From Atractiella rhizophila (taxonomy: Eukaryota), in NCBI GenBank assembly GCA_021432655.1, contig MU271264.1, positions 62,001 to 113,726 of the forward strand: DNA of 51,726 nucleotides, read 5' to 3'. The translations under genes were made by a program, and so were the position numbers. Shown here one piece after another: positions 49,954 through 51,726 of this stretch. How positions within the stretch are numbered: position 1 is the first letter of the stretch; every line of letters starts with the position of its first letter. The notes beneath the pieces are model-generated. The model was given only the letters and a program-made list of their open reading frames with translations, was not told the origin of the DNA and made no database searches.

Positions 49954-50199
49954 CTGGACTGAAGGAAACCTGTAAGGAGGGCAGCAACAGGGACACAGTA
50001 ACTGTACCGTGAACGCAAACCAAGAGAAGGAAAAAGCCACACAAGAGGGTTTTGAACTGGTGGTTGTTCGAAAAGGACAAATGAGAAAAGCAGACGAGAA
50101 AGGTAGAAAGATAGAATCAGGACGGACTGACTCATGGCTCACATCTTACATTTTCTATCTAGCCTACTGCCTCCGATTCGTCCACTCTGCATCACCTTC

Positions 50200-51600
50200 A
50201 ACTATGTCATACGTCCTAACATTGAAGATGACACTCTTTAACTTTTGGCAAAGCCGAACAGCCAGAATCTTACCCTTCCTCACACTATTCGGATGATCTG
50301 CAACCATGCTTCACTGGTACGTTTCCTATGCCAGCAGACCATTCTGACTCCATCTTCGCCCATGTCGCTAAATACAACAACAACTACAACTACAACTACC
50401 ACTGCATCCCCATCTATGACGTCGATGAACCCCTATACCTGGCTCCTGCACATCAAAGCAGATTATTATTCAACTCTCGCTTCCCCCACCTTCCGGTGTA
50501 TGCTACATCTCACGCGTGCCTATCGAGCTCCTTTCCCACATCTTCACTTTCCTCACATCTGGCTTGGATGTGAGTGATTCCTTGGAATGGGAGATGGCTT
50601 CCGGGCTTCCTGATGTCTGCCAGCTCTGGGAAACTGCTTCTGCTCCTTTTTTGCATGAAAGGATAAGTATGCTCACGTGAAATGCTATCCTGGTGCTGGA
50701 TGCCTGTGGAAGTATCTGAAGTTGAAAGAAGATATCAGTGTTGTGATGGTGAAAGAGATCATCGCTGGCTCACCAAATGTCACGTATGTGAAGTTGAACG
50801 CATTTTGGAGTGTGGCGGAGGCGGAGATTGTGCTGGATACGATTGAAGGCTTGATGAAGGTGGTCAGCGTAAACTTTGGAATCAACAGTTCAAGAAAGTG
50901 GAAGAAGGAGGAGGTCGAGAAGTTTGTATGGAGAATCGGTGTCAGGATCAAACGGCTCTCTGCTTTTGACATGGAGAACTTTCACCTTCGTCAACAGCGA
51001 GCCTTCAATTAGCTCCCGGCCTCGAGTATCTATCACTTCAAAAGTACCCACCTCTCACATCGCTCTCCTTCTCATAAACCCTCTCCCAGCTAGAACTCTA
51101 CAACATGTGCCCACTCCCTCCATCCATCTCAAACTCCGCTCTGCTGCCTGTTCTAGAAAAGATCGATCTCAGGCTAGCACCCTACTCACCTGATGGAAAG
51201 ACCTCCGAACTCCTCACTCCACTCAACTTTTCACACCTCACACACCTCACAACCCTCTCCCTCAACGCCGGCGAGGAAACGTCAAACCTTGTTCCCCATC
51301 AGTTCTTCAATACTTTCAGAAATGTAAAGGCGATAAGCTACATGGATTTTTGGTATTGTGTCGTGGACTGGTCCAATTCCCTGGGTTCACTTTCCCATAC
51401 TTTATCCGCTGGTTCTTTCGGAATAGGGGGATAAAGGGTGTATGGGATGTGATGGATATGTCTGAAGGGAAGAAAAAAGGTACCAGAGGATACAGGTTGG
51501 GGGTTCTTTTATTCTTTGGAGAGTGGCTCGAATAGGATATCCGTTTTGCCAGGGCCACGGTGAGAGATTATGGGGGTGGTGATGATGGAGGAGTACAAAT
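50200..51600 (+). pseudogene. Degenerate F-box/LRR-like hypothetical protein gene
   Basis: Protein-like blocks in shifting frames (LPDVCQLWETA, SPNVTYVKLNAFW, LEYLSLQ, LEKIDLRL, LTHLTTLSL) with stops and frameshifts not explained by introns. Boundaries approximate. Confidence 0.4.
50371..50403. repeat. Short (ACA)n/(ACTACA)n microsatellite
   Basis: aatacaacaacaactacaactacaactaccact. Confidence 0.6.
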
Positions 51601-51726
51601 GGAACTGGGTTTGTGAGGCTGGAGAGGAGTGATGTTGGAGTTTTTGACTTACACTGCAAAAGATATGAAACAAGGTGAGTCTCTTTTATTACCCATCCCA
51701 CCTGCACAAAATTGAAGAAGCATTTG

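Overview
Intron-rich fungal genomic DNA. The roughly 45-70 nt introns, relaxed GT donors and gene families suggest a basidiomycete, possibly Pucciniomycotina (inference). The left 32 kb holds ordinary host genes: three DUF6534-like membrane-protein paralogues, a DHA1-type MFS transporter, a SAP-domain mitochondrial membrane protein, a 2OG-Fe(II) dioxygenase, a membrane alpha/beta-hydrolase-like protein, a class V myosin-motor chitin synthase, a PPxY single-pass protein, a DUF2423/YBL028C-like gene and two tandem thioredoxins. Three near-identical tandem duplications each have a single untemplated A at the junction and are probably haplotype-join assembly artefacts. From about 34.8 to 50.1 kb lies a nest of LTR retrotransposons. 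A minus-strand chromodomain Ty3/Gypsy (35264-49953, TSD CTGGA) has mismatched or chimeric LTRs and a Tf1-like self-priming signature, and it is interrupted by a Ty1/Copia (36974-43425, TSD GTGCA). The most notable result: excising the Copia restores a spliced, antisense, roughly 467-codon accessory gene with a Zn-cluster-like Cys motif inside the 3' region of the Gypsy. All exon boundaries were read by eye and no database searches were run.
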